A stretch of DNA of 64,000 nt from Parcubacteria group bacterium GW2011_GWA1_40_21 (GTDB lineage Bacteria > Patescibacteriota > Minisyncoccia > Phycocordibacterales > GWA1-40-21). Position numbers and translations under genes: made by a program. The stretch is from the NCBI GenBank assembly GCA_000996205.1, contig LBYO01000006.1, positions 1,969 to 65,968 of the forward strand. Reading direction: 5' to 3'. Below are positions 18,797-28,282 of the stretch, piece after piece (the first letter of the stretch is position 1; every line of letters starts with the position of its first letter). The notes beneath the pieces are model-generated. The model saw only the letters and a list, made by a program, of their open reading frames with translations. It ran no database searches and had not been told where the DNA came from.

Positions 18797-19192
18797 TTAT
18801 AAAGCCTTTTTAATTTTTTCCGCAATCATTTCTTTTTCGCCTTCTCTGTATTCCTTCCTCGGCCAGAAGACGGGCATATTGTCGTTGAAATATCGAGGTA
18901 TGAGATGGATATGAAAATGCGGGACATCTATTCCGACAACAGAAAGAGCAACGAAATCGGCTGACATTGATTCTTTGATAACTTTAATCAATTTTTTTGC
19001 GTTCGTGAAGACAGCCGAAAGAGTATCGTCCGGAGTGCTTTCCATTTTTTCATAATGTTTTTTCGGTATGACAAGAGTATGTCCGAAATTAACAGGCTTA
19101 ATGTCCAAAAAGGCGACGACTTCATCGTCCTCGTAAATTTTCTCCGCCGGTATCGCTCCTTTTATTATTTTGCAGAATATACAGTCGTCCAT
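18797..19192 (-). CDS. HIT-family (histidine triad) protein
   Basis: CIFCKII, HFHIHLIP histidine triad. Confidence 0.8.
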   Translation of the reverse strand: MDDCIFCKIIKGAIPAEKIYEDDEVVAFLDIKPVNFGHTLVIPKKHYEKMESTPDDTLSAVFTNAKKLIKVIKESMSADFVALSVVGIDVPHFHIHLIPRYFNDNMPVFWPRKEYREGEKEMIAEKIKKAL

Positions 19193-19244
19193 AGTTGTAT
19201 TATATGATAAAATATATTTTATATAAAATCTCTAATTATAAATT

Positions 19245-20336
19245 ATGGAAGAATCTAATTTTGATAAAAAAGGCTTCTTTTTCTTCTTGAAGTTCACCGC
19301 TTTAATTTTTGTCTTGTTTTTCGCTGGCAAGTACGGACCCGGCCTAACCGAGAGCGATTTCATCATTGCCACAAACAGCGAATCGCGAAAAATAGAGCAA
19401 GTCGCGACGCTTATCGCTTTAAAACAATTTGACGAAACAGTGCAGACCAATTCGGCTTCGGTGCCGAAAAAAATAACTCTTGGATTTGTCGGAGACATAA
19501 TGCTTGACCGCGGGATGAAAAGCAGTGTGGAGAAATACGGCAACGGCGATTATATTTTCGCTTTTGAAAAAATAAAAGATTATCTCAACGGTTTTGATAT
19601 TCTGTTCGGAAATTTGGAGGGACCGATATCCGACAAGGGAATTAAATCGGGCTCAATTTATTCATTCAGAATGGAACCGCGTTCGGCAAAATCTCTGAAA
19701 GAGGCGGGCTTTGACATTTTGTCGGTCGCCAACAATCATATGGGCGACTGGGGGAGGGTAGCAATGGAAGATACTTTTCAAAATTTAAGAAACGCGGGGA
19801 TAAATTATTCCGGCGGAGGAGACAATAAGGAAGAGGCTTATGATGTAAAAACGATTCTGGCGGGCGACACGCAAATTGCCTACCTATCTTTCAGCGAATT
19901 TGGAAAAGGTTATCTTGAAGCGACGGACAGCTTCGCCGGTATTGCTATTATTTCAGATGAAAAACTAAAGTCTGGCGTGGAAAAAGCCAGAGCTGAAAAC
20001 GACATTGTGATAGTGTCTTTCCACTTCGGCGAAGAATACAAAAAAGAGCCGAGTAATTATCAGAAAATCATCGCACGGAAAGCCATTGACTATGGAGCCG
20101 ACTTGGTCGTCGGACATCACCCTCATGTCGTGGAAACGATAGAAATTTACAAAGACAAGTATATTGCATACAGTTTGGGAAACTTTGTCTTTGACCAGCA
20201 TTTTTCAAAAGAGACGATGGAAGGACTAGTGCTCAAAGCAACGATTGAAAATAAAAAAATCGCCGATGTCTCTTCTGACAAAATCATAATAAACAAATAC
20301 TATCAGCCGGAGCTTGCGGCCGACTCGTTGGAATAG
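19245..20336 (+). CDS. CapA/PgsA-family metallophosphatase (poly-gamma-glutamate synthesis-like)
   Basis: GFDILSVANNHMGDWG, GHHPHV motifs, N-terminal TM anchor. Confidence 0.75.
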   Translation: MEESNFDKKGFFFFLKFTALIFVLFFAGKYGPGLTESDFIIATNSESRKIEQVATLIALKQFDETVQTNSASVPKKITLGFVGDIMLDRGMKSSVEKYGNGDYIFAFEKIKDYLNGFDILFGNLEGPISDKGIKSGSIYSFRMEPRSAKSLKEAGFDILSVANNHMGDWGRVAMEDTFQNLRNAGINYSGGGDNKEEAYDVKTILAGDTQIAYLSFSEFGKGYLEATDSFAGIAIISDEKLKSGVEKARAENDIVIVSFHFGEEYKKEPSNYQKIIARKAIDYGADLVVGHHPHVVETIEIYKDKYIAYSLGNFVFDQHFSKETMEGLVLKATIENKKIADVSSDKIIINKYYQPELAADSLE

Positions 20337-21145
20337 CGATTATTTAAAGGTTTTTCCTCAATTATTTTTTTAACATAAGCGTTAAGATCTATTTTTTGAG
20401 AATTATCCTGTATGAAAGCGAACAAACTTTTGAACGTTTGGACAATGGAATTATTTTTTATAAAAATCACTTTTTCTTCTTCCGGATTAACGATAAAAAC
20501 ATAATTGCCGCACATTATGATATCTATATAAAAATCAATAAACCGATCGGGAACAATGTGCGTGACAATGAGCCTGTCGGCGTGAGATTCCAATTCGTCT
20601 ACTGTTAACTTTTTAAAAATATCCAAAGCGCTTTCTCCGATTATTCCTTCCATAATGACGCCTTTCCTCTTAAAGGCTTTGTGAAAATCAAAAAAGTACT
20701 CCCTCTCTATTTTTTCAAGCGCTCTTTTGGCCGATTTATTTCCCTGAATGACATAGACTCTTTCGTTGCGGCCGACCTTTAGAATATTTTTGTATGCTTC
20801 TTTGATTCTTTCTTTTCCGTTATACATCTCTACTCCAATGCCTTGTCCCTCAATGCCTCCCAATATATCCGTCTTGCTTTCAAAATCTGACAGCAATTTT
20901 CTTAGCCTTTGGGAAAGAGCGGTTTGAGAGAAAATTTTCCACTCGTAATGGCCGTTTACGGCAATTCTTTCAACCAGTTCTCTTTTAGCCATTTTCTTCA
21001 ATAAAAAATGAACGGTGGTTCTGGGAATTTTTGTTTCTAAAGCGATATTTGTAACGGTGGAATGCGGAATTGAGCCAATAAAGTCAATGACTCTAGTCTC
21101 TTCTTTGGATAACGCCAGTAATTTTATGGCTTCTTTGTTGAACAT
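20303..21145 (-). CDS. Putative transcriptional regulator with N-terminal winged HTH (TrmB/MarR-like)
   Basis: EETRVIDFIGSIPHSTVTNIALETKIPRTTVHFLLKKMAKRELVER wHTH; start moved to internal Met at 21145. Confidence 0.5.
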   Translation of the reverse strand: MFNKEAIKLLALSKEETRVIDFIGSIPHSTVTNIALETKIPRTTVHFLLKKMAKRELVERIAVNGHYEWKIFSQTALSQRLRKLLSDFESKTDILGGIEGQGIGVEMYNGKERIKEAYKNILKVGRNERVYVIQGNKSAKRALEKIEREYFFDFHKAFKRKGVIMEGIIGESALDIFKKLTVDELESHADRLIVTHIVPDRFIDFYIDIIMCGNYVFIVNPEEEKVIFIKNNSIVQTFKSLFAFIQDNSQKIDLNAYVKKIIEEKPLNNRYSNESAASSG

Positions 21146-21376
21146 ATTTTTGTTTTTGCGGACTTGTTGAAATAAATTCAAATTTATGACAATTTTCTTG
21201 TCAAGTTTTTGAATAAAATAAGGCTCAAAACAAGCCTTTTTTAAAAATATAAAAAATTGTTGATATTTTATTGTTCTTAGGTGTAATCTCACATCAGATT
21301 TGTGATTAGCACATTTACATTAATTTAATTGAAAAACCCTCGTAAAATTTTACTATCTGAAGAATAGAAGAAAGGA

Positions 21377-21667
21377 GTGAATATGCTTATGGGTGGTAGC
21401 TTCTCATCAGATGAAACTACAACAGAGCCAAAACCTAGAAAAAAAGGAGCTAGAATAGAGTATGTCAGTAAGGAGGCAACAGAAGATATGATCCCGTATT
21501 GTCAAACCATAAAAAACACAGCGTTTTTAATTTACAAAGGGGAAATAATTGCTAAAGGTTATCCCAGAAGAGGCGAAATTTCGGCATTAGAATCACTTGT
21601 TTGTTTGTATCCAGATTTATTCACCCGAAATGAATCCAAAATTAAAAAGAGAAAGAGGGGGGTGTAA
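21377..21667 (+). CDS. Hypothetical protein
   Basis: aaggag SD 8 nt upstream of ATG. Confidence 0.4.
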   Translation: MNMLMGGSFSSDETTTEPKPRKKGARIEYVSKEATEDMIPYCQTIKNTAFLIYKGEIIAKGYPRRGEISALESLVCLYPDLFTRNESKIKKRKRGV

Positions 21668-21668
21668 A

Positions 21669-22010
21669 ATGTCTTATGAAACACTTGAAAAAGTTTCTTC
21701 GCTGGTAGAGGCTCAAAAAAGCGCAAGAGCGCGGGCTCTTGCAAAAAAAATTAAAGACCCCTATTGGCGGTCAGTGTCTTTTTCAACTATTTTTGCGCTA
21801 ACGGCCAAAAAAGAAGATATGAAGGAAGCGATTGATTCTTTTAAAAAGATAAATCGCAATGATGAGTTGTATGATCAAAAGCGCAACAAGGCAATGCAAG
21901 TCATGAAAATAGCCAAAAAAAAGGTGGAAAAGACGCATCCCGAAAGCAAGTTTAAAAAGGATTTAGAAGAAACTATGAAAGAACTTGGACCGCTACTTTT
22001 CTTAAAATGA
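21669..22010 (+). CDS. Hypothetical basic protein
   Basis: ATG 1 nt after upstream stop; followed by terminator. Confidence 0.4.
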   Translation: MSYETLEKVSSLVEAQKSARARALAKKIKDPYWRSVSFSTIFALTAKKEDMKEAIDSFKKINRNDELYDQKRNKAMQVMKIAKKKVEKTHPESKFKKDLEETMKELGPLLFLK

Positions 22011-22031
22011 CAATGTATAATCATAACACCC

Positions 22032-22062
22032 TGCACAAATACTAACGCGCAGGGTGTTTTTT
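22032..22062 (+). terminator. Rho-independent terminator (acaccctgc...gcagggtgt + T7)
   Basis: 9-bp stem, loop, then tttttttat. Confidence 0.65.
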
Positions 22063-22238
22063 TATAAACACTGCCAATTCAGAGTTAGGGGCTGATTTAT
22101 TGGAAGAAACTTCGACAAAATCATTCTTGTTGCGTGATATAATCCGCCTATGAAAAAATATTCAGTGCGAAAAGAAATACCGGATAGTGCGAGAGAAAAT
22201 CTAGAATCATATCCGGAAATTTTGAGGCGTCGGAAATT

Positions 22239-23891
22239 TTGAGGCGTTTGCTTTTTTATCGGGGAATAGAAAACAACGATGATGCGGAAAAATTTCTGAA
22301 TCCCGATTATGACAGCGGGACTCACGACCCATTTCTTATGAAAGATATGGATAAAGCGGTTGAAAGAATTTTGAAAGCGATTGAGCAAAATGAAAAAATA
22401 ATAATTTACAGCGACTACGACGCAGATGGGATTCCGGGCGCAGTCGTCCTCCATGACTTTTTTAAAAAAATCGGTTTTAACAATTTTGAAAATTACATTC
22501 CGCACAGGCACGAAGAAGGATTCGGACTAAATATGGAAGCGGTGGAGGAGTTCGGAAAAAGTGGCGCAAAACTTTTGATAACAATAGACTGCGGAATCGC
22601 CGATGTGAAAGAGGTGGAACGGCTGAATGAGTTGGGGATTGATGTCATCATCACCGACCATCACGAGCTTGGAGAAAAGATCCCGCCCGCATACGCGATT
22701 TTAAATTCCAAGCAAACGGAATGTTTTTATCCGGAAAAAATGCTATGCGGAGCGGGTGTTGTGTTCAAGCTCGTTCAAGCATTGATAAGCAAAAAAAATA
22801 TTGATTGGCAATTGAAAGAAGGCGCGGAAAAATGGTTTTTAGATATGGTCGGACTCGCCACGCTTTCAGATATGGTTCCTCTTACCGGAGAAAACAGGGT
22901 CTTCGCTTACTACGGTTTGAAAGTTTTAAGAAAATCTCCGCGCGTCGGACTTATGAAACTTTTGAGGAAAATTAAAGTTGAGCAGAAGAATATTACCGAA
23001 GATGATATCGGTTTCACGATAACTCCCCGAATAAACGCCGCTTCAAGAATGGATGCGCCGATGGACGCTTTCAGGCTTCTTGCGACATCCGATGAGACAT
23101 TGGCTGACGAGTTAAGTTCTCATTTGAATAAAATAAATGACGAGAGAAAAGGACTGGTCGCGTCAATGGTCAAAGAGATGAAACATATCATTTCATCGCG
23201 CGCGGATGGCGCGGAGAAAAAAGAAGCGATTGTGATGGGCAATCCGAAATGGAAACCGTCGCTCTTGGGACTTGCCGCGAATACTCTTATGCAAGAAAAT
23301 TTTTGTCCGGTATTTATTTGGGGAAGAGAGGGAGAAAATATTTTGAAAGGCTCGTGTCGTTCACCGGGAAATGTGAGTCTGATCAATCTGATGAAGTCCT
23401 TGCCGAAAGGAATTCTCCGCGACTATGGCGGACATTCTATGTCTGGCGGTTTCAGCGTGAGCCACGAAAAAATTCATTTGCTTGAAGAAGAAATAATCAG
23501 CGCGCTCAAGAAAATAAAAATTGAGAGTGGTGAATTTTCACAGGAAATTTTCATAGACAAAAAATTATTTGTTGATGACGTGAACTGGGAAACTTATAAC
23601 ATTCTTGAGAAACTCGCACCGTTCGGCGCGGGCAATCCGAAACCCCTCTTTCTTTTTGAAAAAATAGAAATCGCGAGCGTGAAAAATTTCGGCAAAGAAA
23701 AAAATCATTTGGAAATTTCTTTCAGAAAAGAAGACGGCAAAAATATTTCCGCCATCGGATTTTTTATGAAAGGCGATGAATGGGGAATAGAACTTAAAGA
23801 AGGAGAAAAAATAAATCTGGTCGCCACGATGGAGAAATCAATGTTCCGCAATTTTCCGGAGTTGCGACTTCGCATTGTGGATATATTGTAA
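22239..23891 (+). CDS. recJ: Single-stranded-DNA-specific exonuclease RecJ (5' end disrupted by 17-bp tandem duplication; TTG start as annotated)
   Basis: DHH motif (DHH at ITDHHE), DHHA1 C-terminal domain; a separate upstream 31-aa ORF (22150-22242) becomes contiguous with recJ if one copy of cggaaattttgaggcgt is removed. Confidence 0.85.
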   Translation: MRRLLFYRGIENNDDAEKFLNPDYDSGTHDPFLMKDMDKAVERILKAIEQNEKIIIYSDYDADGIPGAVVLHDFFKKIGFNNFENYIPHRHEEGFGLNMEAVEEFGKSGAKLLITIDCGIADVKEVERLNELGIDVIITDHHELGEKIPPAYAILNSKQTECFYPEKMLCGAGVVFKLVQALISKKNIDWQLKEGAEKWFLDMVGLATLSDMVPLTGENRVFAYYGLKVLRKSPRVGLMKLLRKIKVEQKNITEDDIGFTITPRINAASRMDAPMDAFRLLATSDETLADELSSHLNKINDERKGLVASMVKEMKHIISSRADGAEKKEAIVMGNPKWKPSLLGLAANTLMQENFCPVFIWGREGENILKGSCRSPGNVSLINLMKSLPKGILRDYGGHSMSGGFSVSHEKIHLLEEEIISALKKIKIESGEFSQEIFIDKKLFVDDVNWETYNILEKLAPFGAGNPKPLFLFEKIEIASVKNFGKEKNHLEISFRKEDGKNISAIGFFMKGDEWGIELKEGEKINLVATMEKSMFRNFPELRLRIVDIL

Positions 23892-23991
23892 AGGCTATCA
23901 TTTTCCACTTTATAAACTTTATAACTTGATGAACTTTATAACTATTCGCCCGTGTTATAATTTACCCTGTTAAATAATTTTAAATTTTTTA

Positions 23992-24249
23992 ATGTTTTAC
24001 TACACTTATATTTTAAAATCCTTAAAGGACAATAAAATGTATACTGGTTACACAAAAAATTTAAAATTACGATTTGAGCGGCACAATAAAGGTCTGGTAG
24101 AATCGACTAAAGACAGAAAACCATTTACACTTATGTATTATGAAGCTTGTTTGAATCAGCAAGATGCTACTCACCGCGAAAAATATTTAAAAACTTACAA
24201 TGGAAAGAGGTTTATCAGAAACAGGCTCAAATCGTATTTAACAGGGTGA
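23992..24249 (+). CDS. GIY-YIG nuclease family protein
   Basis: YTYILKS...YTGYT...LRFERHN GIY-YIG signature. Confidence 0.7.
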   Translation: MFYYTYILKSLKDNKMYTGYTKNLKLRFERHNKGLVESTKDRKPFTLMYYEACLNQQDATHREKYLKTYNGKRFIRNRLKSYLTG

Positions 24250-24252
24250 ATT

Positions 24253-25119
24253 ATGAAAAACGAAATTTTAATCTGGAGCGACGGGTCATCAAGAGGCAAT
24301 CCGGGACCGGGAGGGTGGGGGGTTGTAATCGTTTCACCAGAAAAGGAAGTCGTTGAGCTTGGCGGCGGAGAGGAACATACGACGAATAATAAGATGGAGC
24401 TTGCGGGAGCCATTTCCGCTCTCTCTTATGTTGAGAAAAATATTTCTTCAAACCTGAATCACATAGGACTTGAGCAGTTGGATGCAGTTCAAGGCGCGAG
24501 TGAGAAGCGACCGAGCCATACTTCGCAGTATGGTGAGGGAGCATCGGAGCGAAACAACGAAGAAATGCGCCAAATTCTCAAGTCCTATCATATATTGATT
24601 CACACCGACTCAAGTTATGTGATAAACGGAATTACAAAATGGGTGCATAACTGGCGAAGAAATAATTGGCTGACTTCAGAGAAAGAAGAAGTTTTGAATC
24701 GCGATCTTTGGGAAAAATTATTTTCTCTCACTCAAGACAAAAAGATTGAATGGAAATATGTCGCCGGACACAGCGGGACCCCGGGCAACGAAAGATGCGA
24801 TGATATCGCCACGGCATACGCCGATGGAAACAATCCTTCCCTGTACAAGGGAATGCTGGCAAATTATTCCGTTCCGCTTTTTGACCTCTCAAAAGTTTCA
24901 TCGGCGGACAAAAAAAGTAAATCGCGGTCTAAAGCGAAAGCTTATTCATATTTGAGTATGATTGACGGAATAATTATGAAACACAAGTCGTGGGGAGAAT
25001 GCGAAAAAAGAGTCAAAGGCAAAAGCGGAGCGAAATTTAAAAAAGCTTTAAGCGCTGAAGAGGAGGAAGAAATTTTAAAAGAATGGGCTGTAACTGTGAA
25101 TTACAAAACTCCGTTATGA
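24253..25119 (+). CDS. rnhA: Ribonuclease HI with in-frame 40-aa insertion and C-terminal dsRNA/RNA-DNA hybrid-binding-like extension
   Basis: SDGSSRGNPGPGGWG, ELAGAISAL, HTDSSYV, GHSG...NERCDDIA catalytic blocks; C-terminal AYSYLSMIDGIIMKHKSWGECEKRVKGKSGAKFKKALSAEEEEEILKEW resembles the Cauli_VI/dsRHbd fold. Confidence 0.8.
   Translation: MKNEILIWSDGSSRGNPGPGGWGVVIVSPEKEVVELGGGEEHTTNNKMELAGAISALSYVEKNISSNLNHIGLEQLDAVQGASEKRPSHTSQYGEGASERNNEEMRQILKSYHILIHTDSSYVINGITKWVHNWRRNNWLTSEKEEVLNRDLWEKLFSLTQDKKIEWKYVAGHSGTPGNERCDDIATAYADGNNPSLYKGMLANYSVPLFDLSKVSSADKKSKSRSKAKAYSYLSMIDGIIMKHKSWGECEKRVKGKSGAKFKKALSAEEEEEILKEWAVTVNYKTPL
24466..24585 (+). repeat. 120-nt structured repeat element, copy B (in-frame inside rnhA)
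   Basis: Terminal inverted repeat ggacttgag...ctcaagtcc; first 37 nt and last about 30 nt about 90% identical to copy A (1700-1819); identical length 120 nt (40 codons, no stop). Confidence 0.6.
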
Positions 25120-25351
25120 GCGGAAACTTGCACAGCACGGCGGCGCGACCTGCCCGCCAATGCCTGAGCGATTACAGTGGTAATCTTAATCTTAATAAAG
25201 TTCCACATTTGTATTATAATCTTTTTGCAATACATGGCGCATTGGGGCGAAGGCAGGCGGGGCAGAGCAAATTTTCAGCAGATTTCAGCAGAAAATTATG
25301 CGTGTTCCGCGAATAATGGAGTTTCGTAATTCACAATCTGTAAAGTAAAAA

Positions 25352-25382
25352 ACGGGACAAGTTCCACAGAACTTGTCCCGTC
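25352..25382. terminator. Bidirectional hairpin terminator (gggacaagttccacagaacttgtccc)
   Basis: 10-bp perfect stem flanked by A-run and T-containing tail between convergent rnhA and minus-strand gene. Confidence 0.6.
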
Positions 25383-25693
25383 TAATCTTCTCCGCCCAAA
25401 AACGAACACTCGAAATATTCGTCTAAGTGTTTAAGAGAGTTTTCGTCATTTAATCCCCACGCAATTAGAAAAATCATATAGGCTCCGACGGATGCCAATT
25501 TCAAATCCTGAAGTTTAGGATCAAATTCTGAAGCATATGGATTTTTTTCTTGCCAATCTTTAAGTTTCCTATTTGCGCTAAGAAAACCTTTCGTAGCAAG
25601 ATTGGCGAGATTGGCAGTACGATAAAATTTTAGGCTACTTATAAAGAACAAGAATGGCAGACTCCCAAGAATTACAGCTGAAAAAATTATCAT
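25382..25693 (-). CDS. Hypothetical membrane protein
   Basis: Two hydrophobic helices. Confidence 0.4.
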   Translation of the reverse strand: MIIFSAVILGSLPFLFFISSLKFYRTANLANLATKGFLSANRKLKDWQEKNPYASEFDPKLQDLKLASVGAYMIFLIAWGLNDENSLKHLDEYFECSFLGGED

Positions 25694-25768
25694 TTGGTAA
25701 AACCTCCTTTCTTCAATTAGAATAAATTATATTTGCAATAAGTCAAAGAAAAAAGCTAGCATTTAGAA

Positions 25769-27286
25769 ATGGAAAATGCAAAACCGTTTTATATCCTTGC
25801 TTTCGGATTCACGGGCGGAATATTTTTGAACTCGTTTCACAAGATGGGTTTTTCTTTTTTCCTTTTATCTTTGCTTATTTCTTTGGCGATATTTGTTTAT
25901 GGAAAATTTCTACACTCTGACGCATTAAACAAAAAGACGATTTTTCTAGCATCTTTTTTTATTTTCGCTTTCGCTCTAGGATTATTGCGATATGAAATTA
26001 AAGACTTGCCCAACCGAGACACAATGCTCCAAGAAAATCTAGAACAGAAAGTGATTGTGGAAGGCGTTGTTTCGGACGAGCCGGACAAAAGAGAGAACGG
26101 AGTCAGACTGACTGTAAGTTTCCAAAATATTATAGATGAGGAAAAAACTTTTCCGGTAAAAGCCAAAGGTATAATGACCGCCGATTTTTATCCCGAATAC
26201 CGCTACGGCGACATCTTAAGAATAGAAGGGAAACTCAAGAAACCGCAAAATTTTCAGAATGAAAACGGAAAAACTTTTGACTATGTTTCTTATTTGGGTA
26301 AGGACGATGTTAGCTATGAAATATCTTTTCCAAAGATTGAGATCATCTCGCGAGGGAACGGCAATTTTATAAAAGCGAAATTATACGATTTTAAAAATAA
26401 ATTCATCGGTAATTTCAGCCAGTCCATACCCGAGCCGCACTCGTCTCTCTTAAGCGGACTTCTTCTTGGGGCGAAACAATCGCTAGGAAAAGACTTGCTG
26501 GAAGATTTCAGAAAGGCGGGGGTGATACACATCATCGTTTTGTCGGGCTACAACATCACGATAGTTGCTGAAGCAATTATGTCCGCTTTTTCTTTTCTTC
26601 CGAAATTCGGCAGTATCTCTTTCGGCGCCTTGGGCATTGTCCTCTTCGCGATTATGACCGGCGGAAGCGCGACTGTCATCCGTGCCTCGGCGATGGCGCT
26701 TTTGGTCGTCCTTGCCAGAGCGACAAGAAGGCAATACGACATCACTCGCGCTCTAATCATCGTCGGACTTTTTATGCTTGTTCAGAATCCCAAAATTCTT
26801 GTTTTTGATTCGTCGTTTCAGCTTTCTTTTCTCGCCACGCTCGCTTTGATTTATGTCTCGCCGATAGTGGAGAGAAAATTGCAATTCATCACGCCAAGAT
26901 TCAAGCTCCGAGAATTCGCCACCGCCACAATCTCAACCCAGATTTTCGTCCTGCCACTTCTTCTTTATAAAATGGGGGAGCTGTCGCTCGTCGGACTGCC
27001 CGTCAATATTTTGATTCTGGCTTTTATTCCTCTCACTATGCTTTTCGGTTTCTTGGCGGGAGCGGTGTCTTTCATAAGCGTCGCGATTTCTCTCCCATTC
27101 GCTTTCATTTCTTACGCCCTCCTTTCCTACGAACTAAAAATTGTAGAAATTTTTTCCTCCCTCCCCTTCGCCTCAATCTCAATCCCGTATTTCCCGATGT
27201 GGCTTATGATCGGGGTTTATGCGGTGTATGGGGTGGTGATTTATAGGATGAGAGATATTGCAAACTCCATCAGCACAGAACATTAA
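25769..27286 (+). CDS. comEC: ComEC/Rec2 DNA-internalisation channel (membrane competence domain only)
   Basis: Multi-TM; conserved HIIVLSGYNITIV...ASAMALLVVLA competence-domain blocks; lacks C-terminal MBL domain, which is encoded separately at 33315. Confidence 0.8.
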   Translation: MENAKPFYILAFGFTGGIFLNSFHKMGFSFFLLSLLISLAIFVYGKFLHSDALNKKTIFLASFFIFAFALGLLRYEIKDLPNRDTMLQENLEQKVIVEGVVSDEPDKRENGVRLTVSFQNIIDEEKTFPVKAKGIMTADFYPEYRYGDILRIEGKLKKPQNFQNENGKTFDYVSYLGKDDVSYEISFPKIEIISRGNGNFIKAKLYDFKNKFIGNFSQSIPEPHSSLLSGLLLGAKQSLGKDLLEDFRKAGVIHIIVLSGYNITIVAEAIMSAFSFLPKFGSISFGALGIVLFAIMTGGSATVIRASAMALLVVLARATRRQYDITRALIIVGLFMLVQNPKILVFDSSFQLSFLATLALIYVSPIVERKLQFITPRFKLREFATATISTQIFVLPLLLYKMGELSLVGLPVNILILAFIPLTMLFGFLAGAVSFISVAISLPFAFISYALLSYELKIVEIFSSLPFASISIPYFPMWLMIGVYAVYGVVIYRMRDIANSISTEH

Positions 27287-27329
27287 ACGACCCAATTAGT
27301 CCATTATTTATTCGCCTGAACGGGCTTTA

Positions 27330-27356
27330 AAAAGTGTTCCTAGTACATTAGAAACT
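27330..27356 (-). terminator. Hairpin terminator (gttcctagtacattagaaactaggaac)
   Basis: 9-bp perfect stem; minus strand followed by T-rich tail. Confidence 0.5.
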
Positions 27357-27388
27357 AGGAACTAAAAAAAAGAATGTCATCACAAAAT

Positions 27389-27784
27389 CTAATGATTGAT
27401 TTTACCATCCGGATCAATGTGAGTAATGCAGAAAAATTGACCGCGTTGATATCCAAAAACACGAAATAAGTCGGCTTGTTCGACACGAAAATGAAAATAA
27501 TACTGCTCGACAAATTTTCGTTCCGATGAATTTTGTGTGTGAATGAGAGTGAAATTTTCGCTATCTGGCCTTTCTGTTGTTATCCCATTTTTTCGCGGAA
27601 GACTGGCAAACTGACCCCAAGTTAGTTTTTCAATATGCTGAAGTCTTTTAAGAAAATTTGAGGCATCTTCCCGAGTCAGATTAAAAAGAATATTTTTTGT
27701 CTAGTGAACAATCGCATATAGAAAAAATCACCTTGGATTCAGCGTATTGAAGATCAAATTTTGTCGGCGTTTCTAGTTCATCCA
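27389..27784 (-). pseudogene. Disrupted ORF downstream of Panacea-domain gene (frameshift at an A6 run; no ATG in the long frame)
   Basis: 33-aa ORF MDELETPTKFDLQYAESKVIFSICDCSLDKKYSF* (27784-27680) followed in +1 frame by a roughly 100-aa start-less open frame (27699-27389). Confidence 0.3.
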
Positions 27785-27805
27785 TAGGCAGGCGCCCTAT
27801 CTTGC

Positions 27806-28282
27806 CTATTTGTTCAGCAGTGGAGCGTAATATTCTTTAATCGCTTTGTTAGAGATAATTTTACTTGTTGATTTATTCGCTTCTTTCCACGGAGTGTGAG
27901 CGTGGGTAATATCCACCAACTTGCTTGCGGAGTATCCGCCAAAAGTCCCCCAAACTTTTTTAAGGGTTTCCTTATCTTCATCGGACAAAGATGATTTGTC
28001 TTCCTCGCAAATAATCGGATTGCTTCCATTGTGTCGAAATTTTCGATAAACATCCGGGACAACAGGTCCGTATTCCCATGCTTCAATATTATCGGAAAAA
28101 AGCGGTTTGCCGATTTTTGACAAATAATACGCCTGCGCGAAATAAAGCACCTTTTGGAGCTTTAGGTTTGTTATTCCTTCTCGTTCTTTGTTGTCGCCTA
28201 CAAACGCTTGCGAAGCAAGGTATATAAAATACTTGGCGACATTGCCAGCAGTATACGGAGATTTTATGGGACGAGTGATCAT
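27806..28282 (-). CDS. Panacea-domain (DUF4065, SocA/PanA-like antitoxin domain) protein
   Basis: KLQKVLYFAQAYYLSKIGKPLFSDNIEAWEYGPVVPDVY matches the Panacea/DUF4065 core. Confidence 0.7.
   Translation of the reverse strand: MITRPIKSPYTAGNVAKYFIYLASQAFVGDNKEREGITNLKLQKVLYFAQAYYLSKIGKPLFSDNIEAWEYGPVVPDVYRKFRHNGSNPIICEEDKSSLSDEDKETLKKVWGTFGGYSASKLVDITHAHTPWKEANKSTSKIISNKAIKEYYAPLLNK

Noticed and set aside
25120-25350. GC-rich 230-nt stretch downstream of rnhA as an ncRNA
   Set aside because: The apparent inverted repeats (cctgcccgcc ... ggcaggcgggg) are mirror-like rather than complementary. Only an 8-bp ccaatgcc/ggcattgg pairing remains, with no promoter/terminator framing. Evidence is insufficient.
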